A DNA stretch of 64,000 nucleotides, taken from assembly GCA_010015585.1 (NCBI GenBank), contig ML975176.1; one strand, given 5' to 3'. The translations under genes were made by a program, and so were the position numbers. The notes beneath the pieces are model-generated. The model was not told the DNA's origin, did no database searches, and saw nothing but the letters and a program-made list of their open reading frames with translations. Shown here piece after piece: positions 25,065 to 37,999 of this stretch. Source of the DNA: Eremomyces bilateralis CBS 781.70. Its lineage: Eukaryota. How positions within the stretch are numbered: the first letter of the stretch is position 1; every line of letters begins with the position of its first letter.

Positions 25065-25960
25065 ATGGCACTGACCAAATATATTGATCGTCCTATTCTC
25101 AACATCTCCCTTCAATTTTCCGAACCGCATCAACGTGACCCATGACGGACAACGTTGGCTTCTTCGGCATTGTGGACCATGGCATCGCTCGTTCCCAAGT
25201 GCATGCCATGTTCGAGATCTCCGCCCGTTTCGTCGCATTGCTCAACCCATGAAAGTTCCTGTCTTTTCCTATGCACGAACGCTGACTGGGAGAACAACAC
25301 GTGGATTCGGCCCCTACTGGCGCCATTGACCGGAACGTATTCTACCAACTCCAGTGTGGCGTGGTCATGATTGTGGATGGATGATGAGATACTACATGGA
25401 TTTAAGAGATGGTGTTTGAGTCCATGCCTGTCGTGTAAGCCGTGTCCGACAAGCTCATGACGTTCTTCGCGAGGAGATGGAGATTCGAGGACTGCTTCAT
25501 CAAGGGCCATGACATGAGTAGATCTGAGCTCCAGGCCATTGGGGATTTGCGACAGTATTTCCAACCCTCGGACGAACTTGACCAGCGAGGTGTATCATGG
25601 AGCTGGTACATGGACTGGAACTCATTTACCTTGCTATTCCAGAAAGAGGGAGTCCAAATTGGAGGTCTGCCCGAACGACAGGTGTCGATCGAGTTCGGCT
25701 ACGGAGGGACCCCGGACCAATGTCGAATCCGCGGTCATCTGTAATATTGGCGACTTGGTTATGTCCTGGTAGGACGATCGGCTCAATCCGGTGCTCCATC
25801 ACATACAGGTCCTTTGTGACGTAGGCGACACTCCGGATAGGTACGGTCTTGTGTCTTCAATCAGCTGTAAAACGACGTAGAATCTACGGACCATTGAAGA
25901 AGTACCCCATGGTGATAGGCAAGAAGTTCAACTGGAATGTGATGCGAGGAACTGGCGCAT
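25065..25960 (+). pseudogene. Decayed 2-oxoglutarate/Fe(II) dioxygenase (IPNS-like/DIOX family)
   Basis: Colinear fragments across frames: NVGFFGIVDHGIARSQVHAMFEISARF, DW..FTLLFQKEG, VICNIGDLVMSW*DDRL and GPLKKYPMV. Multiple frameshifts and stops. Boundaries approximate. Confidence 0.75.
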
Positions 25961-26808
25961 GGCAAGAGGTGTTGCAGAGACTCAGCCGCTTTGAAGCATT
26001 ATCGTCCTATCTCCTTCGTGTACATGCCTTGGTTTACTGAATGCAGCATTTCCTTCGAACTGAACCAGCTCAATTACGAGGATCTAGAACTCTTATGAAA
26101 TGGTTGGGCATACTACGTAAGGATTGTGAATTTTAATTCACCATGGCTGGCTGAGACATGAAACCGTGCCTTTGATGGTTTGGGTCCTTCAATTCGACGA
26201 CTTGAACAAGACAAGAGATGTAACGGAAGGCCCTATAAGATCTCAGGACACATGGACATCAAGAACTAAACACGAACGAACCATCTATGTGGCGATTCTG
26301 GTCCGATCACATGCTGTGGCAGGATGAGATTGATTTAGTCGTGATAGAGATGCTGGATAGAGCGGTTTGGTGGACGTTGAGGAGTGGGCGAGTGGCAGAT
26401 CAGCGTGGCTGTGTAATAGCTGTCCCCAACGAATCACGTGGCATTTGCCGTCAAACCACAGCTCCAGTTGGCCAGTTGAAGGTCAAAGGCAACTGAGGTC
26501 ATCCACGGGACTTGTATTCCGTGATCTGCATCCTTACGGAGTACTGGATTGTGCCTTGAATGGTCTTCTCCATGAACTTGTTGATAATTTCTACCAATAT
26601 ATGTGTTTCAGCTTTGCCGTCATCGTCACTTCCACCCCCAATGTCACTGGTTTCAAGTGTTGATCGTTACGAGACGTCCACAACTCTCTCCTCTCGGTCT
26701 ATACCCCAAACCGAACCCTTCTGATGTTCTCGCTGCTTACGGTTAGGATAGCAAACTTCCTGTCTCAATGAAGTCTTGTGTGTTGGTGCAAATATGCGGC
26801 AATGAAGC

Positions 26809-29800
26809 ATGATACCAGGCTATGACCCACGAGTCGTCCGGATGAGCAGAATACCTCAAAAGGAGAGCTATGCGATTCCTGGAACCCATGAGCGAAGAGC
26901 CATACCAAAGTCGTCGGAAGACGTCTCACCAAGCGGTGCGGAACCCGCGTCTGGACAGCACCGGATGAATCTCGACAACAGGCTTGTCACGTCAATCACG
27001 GGAGATTCTACCGACACATCGGACTTACCTACATCCTCGATCGAATCGTCAACCCATTTCGACCCACCCAACGACTCTCACACGTCTTTCGATAGCACGG
27101 AGAGTACGACGGATCGGACTCCCCGTATCGATATGACCGACGACTTGGAAGAGAGCACAATCCAGGCCAAGGTCACTCTTGTGGAATTGACGTCTATCAG
27201 CACATCTGCCTCCGCATTTCCCGAATCGTTTGGTCTTGCAATCTCTCCAAAAGGCCGTTGGATCACCGCCTACAACTCCACCTCGCTCTACATCATAAGA
27301 ACCCAAGATTTACCGCGAATCGAGGTACGCGCATTCCAAGTACGACAGAAGCCGTCCGCTGTCGCCATCACGGACGAAGCGGGAGTATTCGCATTGGTCT
27401 CCAAACCGCATCAGGTAGATGTCTATAAATTCGGTGCGGAGACAACGGGAAAGCTATCGGAAACACTCGGTGGAGTTGCTTCCGGGATACAGATCATTCA
27501 TGATATCCAATCGATTACTCTCGATCCCAAGGGTAAGATCTTGGCAGCAGCATATGCTACCGGAATTGAATTGATATCGTTGAATGGGGGAAACGTTCGA
27601 CGGACGGTGAACTGCGATGTCACCCAGAATATCGCCTTCTCGAACGATGGCAGAACCATCCTTGCCACCGGCCTTGAACGTCGATATCGAACATCGACCA
27701 TCATTTCTGTGGGTGGTGATTTGGACGGACCGATTTCTGAGGATGGTGATCCCGAGCCAGTCCCGTCACATCGTGCTTGGATCACTCAGCTGATATTCCC
27801 CGAGACGAAGTTACCCGCACGGCAATCTAGCTTAGTTCCGGATCGTTCTTCGGGGCATGTTAGCGAGATCATCGCATTCGATCCCAACGACCACAGTTGG
27901 GGCATTTTTGAGTTGAGTTCGAAAGAATTCCTACGACAAAAAATGTCACCGTCGGACAATTTACGTTGGAGGAGAGATCATGAGACTCTCGAAGACGCTC
28001 TTCCAGCTGTTACGCTTGAGCCATTGACAGTGGCTGTTGCCACCAAGAAACCCGGGTTGAGTGAGGTTAGAGTCTTTCAATTCGATCAAAACTGGCGAGA
28101 CGAGTTCATATCAGGACGGGCCAACGAGGATTTGGGTCAGACCTTCCTGGATCCCAAAATTTCTGTGGAAATCAATAACGGGGACACCAATTTTAAGAGC
28201 ATCAGCACGTTGAAATGGTTACAAAATGAGGACTCCCCGCAAAGTCGACTTGTCGCACTCACCAGCTCGTTTGGCCGCACCGTTCCAGATGATGCAATCG
28301 GGTTACCACCTTCCGGAGCGAGGATCTATCTCATTGACCTCGAACCAAGCAATGACAACAACCAATCAAATGAGACAAACAAGTTGACCTTGAATCTCGA
28401 TGAAGTCATGCCACGTACTTCTCTTGAATATGAGGACCTCCCATGGGACCGCGAGGTGGATCTGGTGAGAAGTTTGACTCGGATTCAAAGGCGGAGAGAG
28501 TCTTATGTGTCAATTGGACGAGGCAATCGAACTCCGAGGCGTTCGATGTCCTCAGCAGGACTCGGTTTCATTCCACTACGAGAATCTCTCGACGTCGACC
28601 CTCAACGTCGTCGATCGATGTCGAGTATGTCTCGCACAAGCGGAAGTGATGATATGGAGAACGGGAACGGGGTTCTACTACCGATGGACGAACCATACAC
28701 TCCAGGCCAACCACGTTCTCAATTCTCGATCAATCGTGCTGCCACTGTGGCCGCGAATTCAGGTGTAGGTCGTCGCCATCTTCGAGCCTTGCCTGATCGA
28801 CCACTGGAATATCGTCGAGCAGACAATCTTCCGGAACATCCACATGAAAGCGATGCAGACAACTGGGTACCACCGCCCCCTCCTTACTCTGCAAACCCAG
28901 ATCCAACTTGCCCCCAACCAGTCCATACACCCCAAGGCCTGGCCACCCGTCGTCCTGAAGCACCGTCCAATCGATCTGTCTCCCAACCACTCCCTTCCGC
29001 AAATCCACTAGCAAATCCACAAGCAAATCCACAAGCGAATACACGACATGTTCCTCTACCAAGGCGGATTCCTGTTCCCACACCAAACCCAAATTCCCAA
29101 GCAGATTCATTGCCTGCTCCTCAACCAAGGCGTGTTCCTGTTCCTACAACTCAATCATCCAATCCACCTTTGCCAATCTCAATTCCCGCTACTTCCCCTT
29201 CCCAATCTCCACAACATATAGCACAGTCTGTCTCGTCCCCTTCCAGTCCCGAAACGACTAATCGACCCCTATTTCCACCCCGTCGGTCATCAACGACCCC
29301 TCCCGCACCCGAAACGATGACGAGCTCTCCTCCCGCACCAGGTCAACTCGTGGCGTCATCTACATTCCCCAGGACCATGGTTACACCCCAGATTCCAACG
29401 TCGAATCCATCTCCCTCTACACTTCCACTTAGTGCGCAGAGTAACAATGCCATTCCGCCGTCCCACAACCAGTCCACACCTCCTGCTCCGATCCAGGCCT
29501 CTCAAATCAATCCACTTCCCTCTGTTCCGCGACATAATCTCAACCTCCCTCTACCCGCTCCTCTGGCGGTAGCGACTCCGAACGGACAAGTTCTACGCTC
29601 CTCGAGGAATCGTCGTGGTGTTCTTACTCCCGAACTTCGCGATCGCGCTCTTCCGCCTCTTCCCGGTGAACGAGAGCGGATGGGAGGGCGACGCGACCAA
29701 CGCTCTATGACCCGATTACAAGCACGTCAAAGTCTACCTCTCTTGGGTAGTGAGGGTGATGCAGGGAATATGGTTCAGCGGGTGACACATTCGCAGTGGG

Positions 29801-29946
29801 CCCAAAGATCTGTGCAGTATCAAAATGTTGAACCAGGAAGATATCATTCTCAACAAATGATGGACCCTAGCTTCCGCCAAACTCAAGGTAGTAGAGCCTC
29901 GGGAAGGAGAAAGAAGTGGTCAGAGGCGAGATGTGTTGTTATGTGA
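26809..29946 (+). CDS. WD40-like beta-propeller protein with Pro-rich tail, PPxY motif and C-terminal CaaX box
   Basis: Uninterrupted 1045-aa ORF. Repeats AISPKGRWI / TLDPKGKILA / AFSNDGRTILA, WVPPPPPYS motif, and end GRRKKWSEARCVVM*. Start codon uncertain. Confidence 0.75.
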   Translation: MIPGYDPRVVRMSRIPQKESYAIPGTHERRAIPKSSEDVSPSGAEPASGQHRMNLDNRLVTSITGDSTDTSDLPTSSIESSTHFDPPNDSHTSFDSTESTTDRTPRIDMTDDLEESTIQAKVTLVELTSISTSASAFPESFGLAISPKGRWITAYNSTSLYIIRTQDLPRIEVRAFQVRQKPSAVAITDEAGVFALVSKPHQVDVYKFGAETTGKLSETLGGVASGIQIIHDIQSITLDPKGKILAAAYATGIELISLNGGNVRRTVNCDVTQNIAFSNDGRTILATGLERRYRTSTIISVGGDLDGPISEDGDPEPVPSHRAWITQLIFPETKLPARQSSLVPDRSSGHVSEIIAFDPNDHSWGIFELSSKEFLRQKMSPSDNLRWRRDHETLEDALPAVTLEPLTVAVATKKPGLSEVRVFQFDQNWRDEFISGRANEDLGQTFLDPKISVEINNGDTNFKSISTLKWLQNEDSPQSRLVALTSSFGRTVPDDAIGLPPSGARIYLIDLEPSNDNNQSNETNKLTLNLDEVMPRTSLEYEDLPWDREVDLVRSLTRIQRRRESYVSIGRGNRTPRRSMSSAGLGFIPLRESLDVDPQRRRSMSSMSRTSGSDDMENGNGVLLPMDEPYTPGQPRSQFSINRAATVAANSGVGRRHLRALPDRPLEYRRADNLPEHPHESDADNWVPPPPPYSANPDPTCPQPVHTPQGLATRRPEAPSNRSVSQPLPSANPLANPQANPQANTRHVPLPRRIPVPTPNPNSQADSLPAPQPRRVPVPTTQSSNPPLPISIPATSPSQSPQHIAQSVSSPSSPETTNRPLFPPRRSSTTPPAPETMTSSPPAPGQLVASSTFPRTMVTPQIPTSNPSPSTLPLSAQSNNAIPPSHNQSTPPAPIQASQINPLPSVPRHNLNLPLPAPLAVATPNGQVLRSSRNRRGVLTPELRDRALPPLPGERERMGGRRDQRSMTRLQARQSLPLLGSEGDAGNMVQRVTHSQWAQRSVQYQNVEPGRYHSQQMMDPSFRQTQGSRASGRRKKWSEARCVVM

Positions 29947-30372
29947 TGAGCGATGATGGGTTTTTATCCAACAGTATTGATAGCTGTAGATCGCCGATGT
30001 CTACATTGAAATTGAGACTGGGAATAGTTCTGAGTTGCGTGACGGCTCAATATGGCTGTTTGGTTAAGCGGATGGACATCCCGAGCGTATATAGCTGTAA
30101 TGATACCCTTGATTCATTGTTATTTTTCCATTGTTTTACGTGCTATGCTTCATGACTCATATGCTAAACCACTGGGTATCTAACATCTGTCAGTGACAGT
30201 CTGTAACTGGCATTGCCAACGCCAAATTCCTCGCACACTTCCCTATTGCTTCCAATCTTGGTGGGATGACATATAATGATGCGGATGTGTCACAACACCC
30301 GGGTCGTGGTTCATGTCTCGTAGTTTCTTTTGACCTTCAACAGTTCCGTCAATGAAAGTCCATTCCGGGATT

Positions 30373-31839
30373 TTAGTGGTGTCCAATCCTCTTCTCGGCT
30401 CGATTGTAGACGACTTCCAAGCGTGCGGCGATCAAGCATGCCAAAACCGATACCAAAACGAACCCATGGATAGCCCACCATATATGTTGTACTCCAAGAG
30501 GGCATGAACTGTATCCAAAATTCCAGACGCCTTCACAGTCCGTCCAAACGCTGAGTAGGCCTGCATTGCCACCATATTCCCCCATCATGCTACGGACAGT
30601 GATCTCCCGAATGCTATTCTGCGGGTTGTGGACCTTCTCGTGGATAGTGACATCCCACAAGTCGTCATCCGATCCATTCGATGAGTGGAAAGTGTCACAT
30701 CCTGTGTGATCGTGTCCGGTCAGGATAATGCCATCCCGTTTGTGACCCTGGTGAAATTCGAAGATTTGATTCAACACGTCAAGGCTGCGCTCTTTGCTCA
30801 AGTGATTCTGCTCCATCACGCCACCACCTTGGTCGGATGGGAAATAGTCGAAGAAAGGACCGTCTGTACAAATCCCTTCCGGCTTGTAGAGTGGAATATG
30901 TGTCAAAAGAACAACCGCCTGTCGGGTATCGTTGTGTTTCCCCAGTTCGGTTTCCACTTGACCAATGAAGGATTGCGTGTCCGATGCTAAGTCGTTGTCG
31001 AGTGTAGGACCATCCAGATTCATTGAGTTCAGCACGACAAGCCGTAAGACATATGGCTCTGACTTGCATTGTGGGTCGAGACATGGCATGGCAAACGATA
31101 ACATGCCATTAACCGGTCCAAATCGTTCCTCGTACCTCGTTACGCGATCACTGTCCATATCACCCGAGTATCCCACATCGTGGTTACCAACAATGTTGAT
31201 GAGTTGCCGATTCCAGTTCCATGATCCAAACTCCCCATTGGAATTGTTCAAGTCGAAGATCGTGTGGAAAGATTGCATCAAAGATTTGTTGATTTGATTC
31301 GCTCCACGGAAGACACGATTCCAGTATCGATCGCTTCGTTTCTGAAATTCCTCATCGCCAACCCATTGACTTCCGACTAGATCCCCTAGCACGGTGGTAT
31401 GAGTCGGTTCAGTCCACCAATGTAGTGTGCGATATATATGAGCTAGGTAATAGTCATTGCCAAAGAGGTCAATATGTTTCCGATATCCATGAATCGTCTT
31501 TGGAACGTCGTCACGAATGAAAGCCTGGGACTCTGACCAGACTACATTGTAATCCACATCGAGGCCGTATAAAATGTTGCCCAACTCTGATTTGGCCGTC
31601 CTCAGGTGAGGGAATCGGAATTCGTTTGGATCTGGAAGGGAGCTGTCACCTTCTAGCTGTGGATCAGCGAAGATTAACAGTCGGAAAGGAGCCGTGGGGG
31701 ATGTTGTGCAGTGTCTTGGTTGTTTCGATTCGGGGAAGTGGCAGAGATGGAACGCTGGATATAGATAGAGGTAGATTAGTGAGAGACAGGACGGGATGAA
31801 GGCCCAATACAAGAGCTGCTGAGATATGCGGACTCTCAT
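30373..31839 (-). CDS. TED1: Ted1-like calcineurin-type metallophosphoesterase (GPI remodelling)
   Basis: N-terminal TM, FADPQL, DLFGNDYYL, LGDL, GNHDVGY, THIP, GHDH, REITVRSMMG, and a C-terminal TM. Confidence 0.85.
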   Translation of the reverse strand: MRVRISQQLLYWAFIPSCLSLIYLYLYPAFHLCHFPESKQPRHCTTSPTAPFRLLIFADPQLEGDSSLPDPNEFRFPHLRTAKSELGNILYGLDVDYNVVWSESQAFIRDDVPKTIHGYRKHIDLFGNDYYLAHIYRTLHWWTEPTHTTVLGDLVGSQWVGDEEFQKRSDRYWNRVFRGANQINKSLMQSFHTIFDLNNSNGEFGSWNWNRQLINIVGNHDVGYSGDMDSDRVTRYEERFGPVNGMLSFAMPCLDPQCKSEPYVLRLVVLNSMNLDGPTLDNDLASDTQSFIGQVETELGKHNDTRQAVVLLTHIPLYKPEGICTDGPFFDYFPSDQGGGVMEQNHLSKERSLDVLNQIFEFHQGHKRDGIILTGHDHTGCDTFHSSNGSDDDLWDVTIHEKVHNPQNSIREITVRSMMGEYGGNAGLLSVWTDCEGVWNFGYSSCPLGVQHIWWAIHGFVLVSVLACLIAARLEVVYNRAEKRIGHH

Positions 31840-32779
31840 GTCTTCAACCACTTGCAGTTAGCTCTGAATCCTATGAAATGGTGTGGATGTAAGGAACTGA
31901 AGGCGGAAACGTGAGACTTAAGGAAGCCTGGTCGCCTGGTGAATGGCATATTGAAGGCATAGGTCTCGATTGGTATCAACAACATGAGAACCCACCACAA
32001 TGGTGAAAAGTGCTGGCACAAGACATTGAATATTTGTGTTTAAGATGCGATTGAAAGTTGGATGAGCAGATTCCCCTGAAATTCCATGGAACGGAATTGA
32101 GTCATGTAGTCACGTGCTTCGAATTTTCCAAGATCACTACCTGACGCATGTATCACCACCGAGTCCAGGCCATCTTCAATGAGCGCCCGACTATGATTCG
32201 ATCTACTTCACCCGAAGACGGCGAACTCATCAAGATGCGCCCTTGAATACGAAGTACCTGTACAACAAATCGCCACTAGACTCTCGTACAGACGGGCAAG
32301 CCAGAGGTGCTTGAATGGCGTTTGGTACTTCATCACAATCCGTATGCCAGCTTCAATCGCCATGTGTCGCCTCATTGGGGTTGGTGGGTGGTATGTTCAC
32401 ATCAGACACGGTACACCTACAGCACCGGAGAGGGACTAGCGATGCTATCATGGCTCGATTGATGGCGAGAATCTCGATTGATGGCGATGAAGTGGTCCCC
32501 GGGTGGAAAGGAGTTTTGTGACATCGTAAACGGATTCTGTGGGAGGCGCGTGTGGGAGGCGCGTATGAAAGACATGGATTCAACGAATCTGCTCCGAGGA
32601 GTTTAGGAATCGCGTTTCTGGGCCGAGAAATCGAGGCGGATCACCGATCACAAGGGAATGGTGTGTCGTGGATTCTAGTCATGAATTTTTGGGATATGGA
32701 AGATACCACAATTGCCTCGAAACATCGAGGCTCCGAACCGATTGTTTCCGCTCAACTCCGAATAATATGCATCGACACT

Positions 32780-33379
32780 TTACATCACGACGCCCGAGTT
32801 GCTCGCAATACGCTAGATTGATGTGAGTTATGATCCTCCCGGTTTGATTTGCTCAACTTACCGGCCACAGTTCTGCAGCTTCCTTGCCAACGGGACCCGT
32901 GATAGCTGATCCTTTCATTTCACCCTTGGGGTTGACAATCTATACCTGTTAGCACCATTCTCCGAATCGTCTTGACAAAAAGTCCCGAAAACTCTGTTCC
33001 AAATCGTATGTTACGTACCACGCCAGCATTGTCCTCGAAGTAAAGGAAGATACCATCGGCTCTCCTCCATGGCTTGCTCTGTCGAACCACCACAGCGGGC
33101 ATGACCTTCTTCCTCAATTCCGGCTTTCCCTTCTTCACCGTAGCCATGACCATATCACCAACACCGGCGGCCGGAAGACGATTGAGACGAGCACCGATGC
33201 CTTTCACGGAGATGATGTAGAGATTTCGGGCGCCGGAATTATCGCAGCAATTCATGACCGCACCACTAATCATGTTAGTTGTCGGTTGGAGATTTCATTG
33301 AAAAGTCCACGTACACGGGAAGACCGAGGGTCATCTTGAGCTTGTTGCCGCTTGAACCGCGACCTCGTTTTGACGACAT
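32780..33379 (-). CDS. RPL23: 60S ribosomal protein uL14 (L23), multi-exon
   Basis: [21 protein letters not shown]|...[16 protein letters not shown]...[43 protein letters not shown]. Confidence 0.97.
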
Positions 33380-35309
33380 CTTGGAGGTTCACGATGGAAT
33401 TTGTCGGGTGTAATGGTGCTGAGCGCAAATGTAAGAGAAAGTGTTGAAGTCAAAGTGTGGAGAGTGGAAGTGTGTCTCGCTAAATGGTTTTAGCCTTGAT
33501 GCCTGGCGCCAAGATCCTGATCGACCTCATCGACCACCTCCAACTCACCACCCAACAGTATCCATCACATTTCTACTTCTATCTCGTCACGAGCAATCCT
33601 CTTCGATTTCACATTTTCCTACCGATATTCTAGGAATCTAGGCCTGTGTACGATCGTCGATCAAGACCTTCTGTAATTTTTCGAGCTTCGAAAAATCTTA
33701 CTTCAATGTTGTAGAGATAGTATGTCAGTACTCTCTTGTCACGAATGGCTTCATCTCAAGCTTTCTTTTTCGGGAATGTATGACATCTCTTCTGGTCGAG
33801 TACTCAATGGAAAGAAACCTCAAAAAGTCTATAATATAAATGTAATTGCTGCTTTCCATGTTAATGGCGGAAATATGCTCTATATGTTCTCACTTCTCCA
33901 GTCTCTTTTTGTGCTGCCTTTCGTCTCTAGCTAAAGCTTTCAAAGGCATTGATATTGATTACCTTATTCCTCTAACCTGCTCTCAATTGGCCCATCAACT
34001 TGATTCTTTCGTGTTCTCTGTGCCGTTGTGCATCCGATCTGACCCCAACCCTTGATAGCAATTATATGCCGCGCAAAGCGAGGATCCTATTATCGAATTG
34101 CCGCAAGTATTCGACTGCTCCTACAACTAACCGACGATGATCTACAGCTCCTGCTACGCTGGACTCCGGTGCATTGTGTCTATGCGGAGTATGATGCCAC
34201 AATGACCGAAACCTTGGCCACATGGTCTAGAGCATTTCTCGCTTCCCTCTAAATTATCTTCGAATCCGCAATGCATGTACCCTCGACCGAGAGGGATATT
34301 AGGAACAGAAGATAGATTGTATGCACTTATTTGACGACGTTTAGATCACAGAATACAACTTATCAGGACTTCTGCTGATAAGTCACGAACTCTGGACAGC
34401 GTCCACTCAAGATTATCCCAGGTAGATTTGCTCAGAAATCTCGCTATCTTCTCGTTGGACCAGGGGATTCAAGCTGGTACAGCATGTCGATACGCCCTCA
34501 TTTTTATATTGGTTCTGGCGAATTCTTTAGCAGTATTGTTAGCTAAGGAGCGTGCAAGGATACGTCGAACATCTATTTCCTCATTGCCTTGAATACGTGA
34601 GTGGATGATCATCGATTAGGGGTGTCTTCGTGCAAAAGATGAGCTCCGTTATCGTCGGATATCCTCGGAGAAACTCACTACCATCGCTCCATCTGTTAGC
34701 TTGAGCGAGGGCTTCTGCATCAGTAAGCTGGCTTGCGATACTGATCCGGCTTGTCAATTGGGAGGTCAAGAGGTAGTTTGAAGCGATTTCGAACGTAGAT
34801 CATCTGGATTCGTTTCATCTTTCAGCACTTTATGGATGAATTAAGCTATTAGTATTGATGGCTGCAGCCAACGCTGAATACGGGTCAACGACTTCCCGAA
34901 GATAGGAATGGGACCACCAAGAGACGCTTTGGCACGATTACTTGTCATTATATATATCAAGTGCTTATATCGCATATCCGAAGCACTGATGGTTCTACAG
35001 GGCACAGTAAGCGGGTTTGTTCAAGAGGACCGACCTGATCCATGCTGCCAGAATATCAATCGATCGACGCAGTCCCTCAATGCTAGGTACTACTTAACTT
35101 GGCTGTCAAACAGCGATGAGAAAGTTGATTTCAAGAGGAACTTGAGTAGTATTTGCAGCGTGAGCTGCTTTCATTATTGATCTATGCCCCTTAAACCTTA
35201 TCGTACAAGCCCATGGTTTCATCAGCGACTATCGAGGCCGCTATCATATCTGATGGATCGGAGATGTTTCGGACATAATGGTGATTACTCTCGTCTATTC
35301 GCCGCAAGT

Positions 35310-37991
35310 TCACATCCCCGGATTCGGCCATGGACCACCTGGGAATGTGGCAAACGAATCCTGCATCGACCACATGGGGTCACCCGCAAATAACCCACCA
35401 TCTAATATCCCGTCGAGTCCCATACTTCCCAACATGCCTCCCATTGACATGTCGTTTAAATCTATCCCCGTAGGTAGATTGTTCCATTGGAAGGCCGGAT
35501 CCAGACTAGAAACGCCTGCCATTCCCGGTGGTGCAAACCAGTCACTATTCACCGGGGCTAACCCAGCGAGTGGACGTCCCTGCATGCCCACAGGATGAGT
35601 AGTTCCGGACATGGCGACTTCGCTTAGGAGTTGTAGACCGTGGGATGAAGGAGTCGGTTCGGATGGACCACTTCGTGATTGAGGGTGACCACGTGGATCT
35701 TCGCTACGTTTGAGGGAAATGAAGCGATCGTTCAGGCGCTGAATGACCAAGTAGAACTTCCCGTGAGGAATGCCTTGATTTCGATCATGAATTCCTTGGA
35801 AGAGCTGGAGTATGGAGAGAAGATAACTTTCGATCCGAAGTTCGCTTTTGTGGATGACCTGACTTATTTCTCCGGAACTTGTCGCTGCGACATAGAGTTT
35901 GATGAGGACGACGGTGGTATACACGATCCGAACCGCTGGAATGGTTAGCGGAATCATCCACCGTCGTTGCTGACTTACAAGAAATGACGGGTAATGTAAT
36001 GATTGTCTCAACATCTAGAGACAAGAAAATATCCAGTTCTTTCTGTGCCGCACGTTGGATTCGTTCCAAAGCATCCACATGATGAGGTCCAGCAATCGAG
36101 TAACCGCCCTTAAATGATTCCGGAACGTTGAGGGGGATTTTGAAATCATCCATGTCCGAGTTATGGAGGGCGATCTATACCGTCAGTATGGAACCATGGA
36201 ACCAGCGGAAAGTACATACTTCATGAATATAAAGGTCGATGATGGGTTCCAACACTTGTGAAGCCGCTGGACTGGTTAGTATGAGTGGTTGAGGTGGAAC
36301 ATTGACGTACTGGACTCTTCGGGTTTCGAAAGGATCTCGGCAAGATCCTTCTCAAAGTGTTTGATGCCGTAAGTCACCTTTGCGTCGGAGACGGACACGC
36401 TGGCAGAGGGATCATCCATGGAAAATTGAACCGCCACTTCCTCTGCAATATGAGCGAGTCTCACATGTCGAGTAATGATCTTGTCGGACGGTAAAGCATC
36501 CGAAGCCGTCTCCAGATACTCAATACTTTCCCGCATATATTCGTTGAAGCGTAAGAGCATCGGTCGGCGTAAGACCATAGTAGTACTGATACACATGAAG
36601 TAACAAGCCAACCATGATCTCCGTGATTCGGCCGATTCCGGAGGAGGCTTGAGTTTTCGAAACGGACTTCTGTCCCCGTACCATTTCTTGTCGAGCTGCT
36701 GAATTCTTCGTTTTCCGAGTCCGATGTCAATCGCCATGATAGCCGCCATGTGGATTTGTTGATAGAACAAATGTTGCTCGAAAACCGGTGGGATCCGATA
36801 CCAGAGGGAAGAAACGAGTAACGCTTGAACCAATTCCAAACTCTTCTCCCCTTGTTTCCACATCACCACCGCATATACATCCACCATTTCCACTCGAAGC
36901 GCCTCTTGAACTTCCACGGATACCTCCTCTCGATAGGATGTGCTATTGAGGATGGCAAGAAATAGGATGGGTTTGGTGTATCGGATATCGTCGGCTTTGG
37001 TTCCTGGTGGGAAAGCTACAGCAGGGAATCGAACCATATGTTCTTGACAGTACCTCTCGAAAATCCGGTTCGATAACTCTCGGCTAACGATTTTGTCGAT
37101 ACGTGAACGAATGGTGTCCTGGTCGAGAGTTTTACGAGTGGGTTGGTCTCCAAACACCGATTTGGCCATCTTGTAAACCAATTCCCCATTTGGCAATGTA
37201 GCTGTCTCCATCCGTAGCTCTTGATCAGGGGAGGTATACTAGACTCGTTAACAATGTCAAAAAGTGGGCGGATCACATACACTCTCGACGCGTCTACGTT
37301 TGTCTATGGTCGTTAGCCCGGTCACACATTGCGATCCCGACGATCCGTACGAACCTGTTCGAATATCCACGGATCTCCCTTCATTGTCCGAACCTGACCT
37401 GGAGTCTCCATCGCGCACATTCCCCGATTGCGCTTGAAGGGTGGCTGTCAAAGCATCGATCTTCCGTTCCAACTCCGCAACTCGGTTGTCCGCTTTTTTC
37501 TGTCGTTTTCGAGTCGGTGGGGTGACAATACATGTCCGACCTGCCTTCTTACATCTCAAGCAAGGTTCACCGGATCCAGGGTCGATCGCGCAACGAACTT
37601 TGAGTTGTCGACATGAATCTATGGTCGTTAGAAGCGCTCCATTCAACGGTATGCAATACTTACCACAAGCTCGTGGTCTCTTTTGATGTTCTCCAGGTGG
37701 TTGTGATGGACTATCGCCGCGTTAGATGTATGCGTTCAAATGAAATGAGACATACTCGGTGCCAATTCCTCCCACATGTACTCCTTCTGGTGACTCTGTC
37801 GATGAATCATCATGGTCTTCGTAGGGTGTTGGATTTAGCGGACCGGATCGTTGTCCTGGGCTTTGATTGGAACTTGGACCATGACTTTGGGATGTTGATC
37901 TTGAGGTTTGGGGTCGAGGTTGCGAGAAGTTGACGTCCTGCGCGTCGAGTGTATCATGCAATCTAGGATCGATAGGTCCGATATTTGCCAT
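35310..37991 (-). CDS. Zn(II)2Cys6 transcription factor (War1/PriB-like), multi-exon
   Basis: RPRAC|DSCRQLKVRC...PCLRCKKAGRTC cluster, middle domain (KPILFLAIL, KSLELVQALL, ESRRSWLACYF) and GLQLLSEVA motif near the C-terminus. Confidence 0.88.
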
Positions 37992-37999
37992 TTGGTGCA

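Noticed and set aside
33590..35200. Possible decayed F-box-like gene (ISHFPTDILGI*)
   Set aside because: Only a few residues resemble the motif and no consistent frame could be built.
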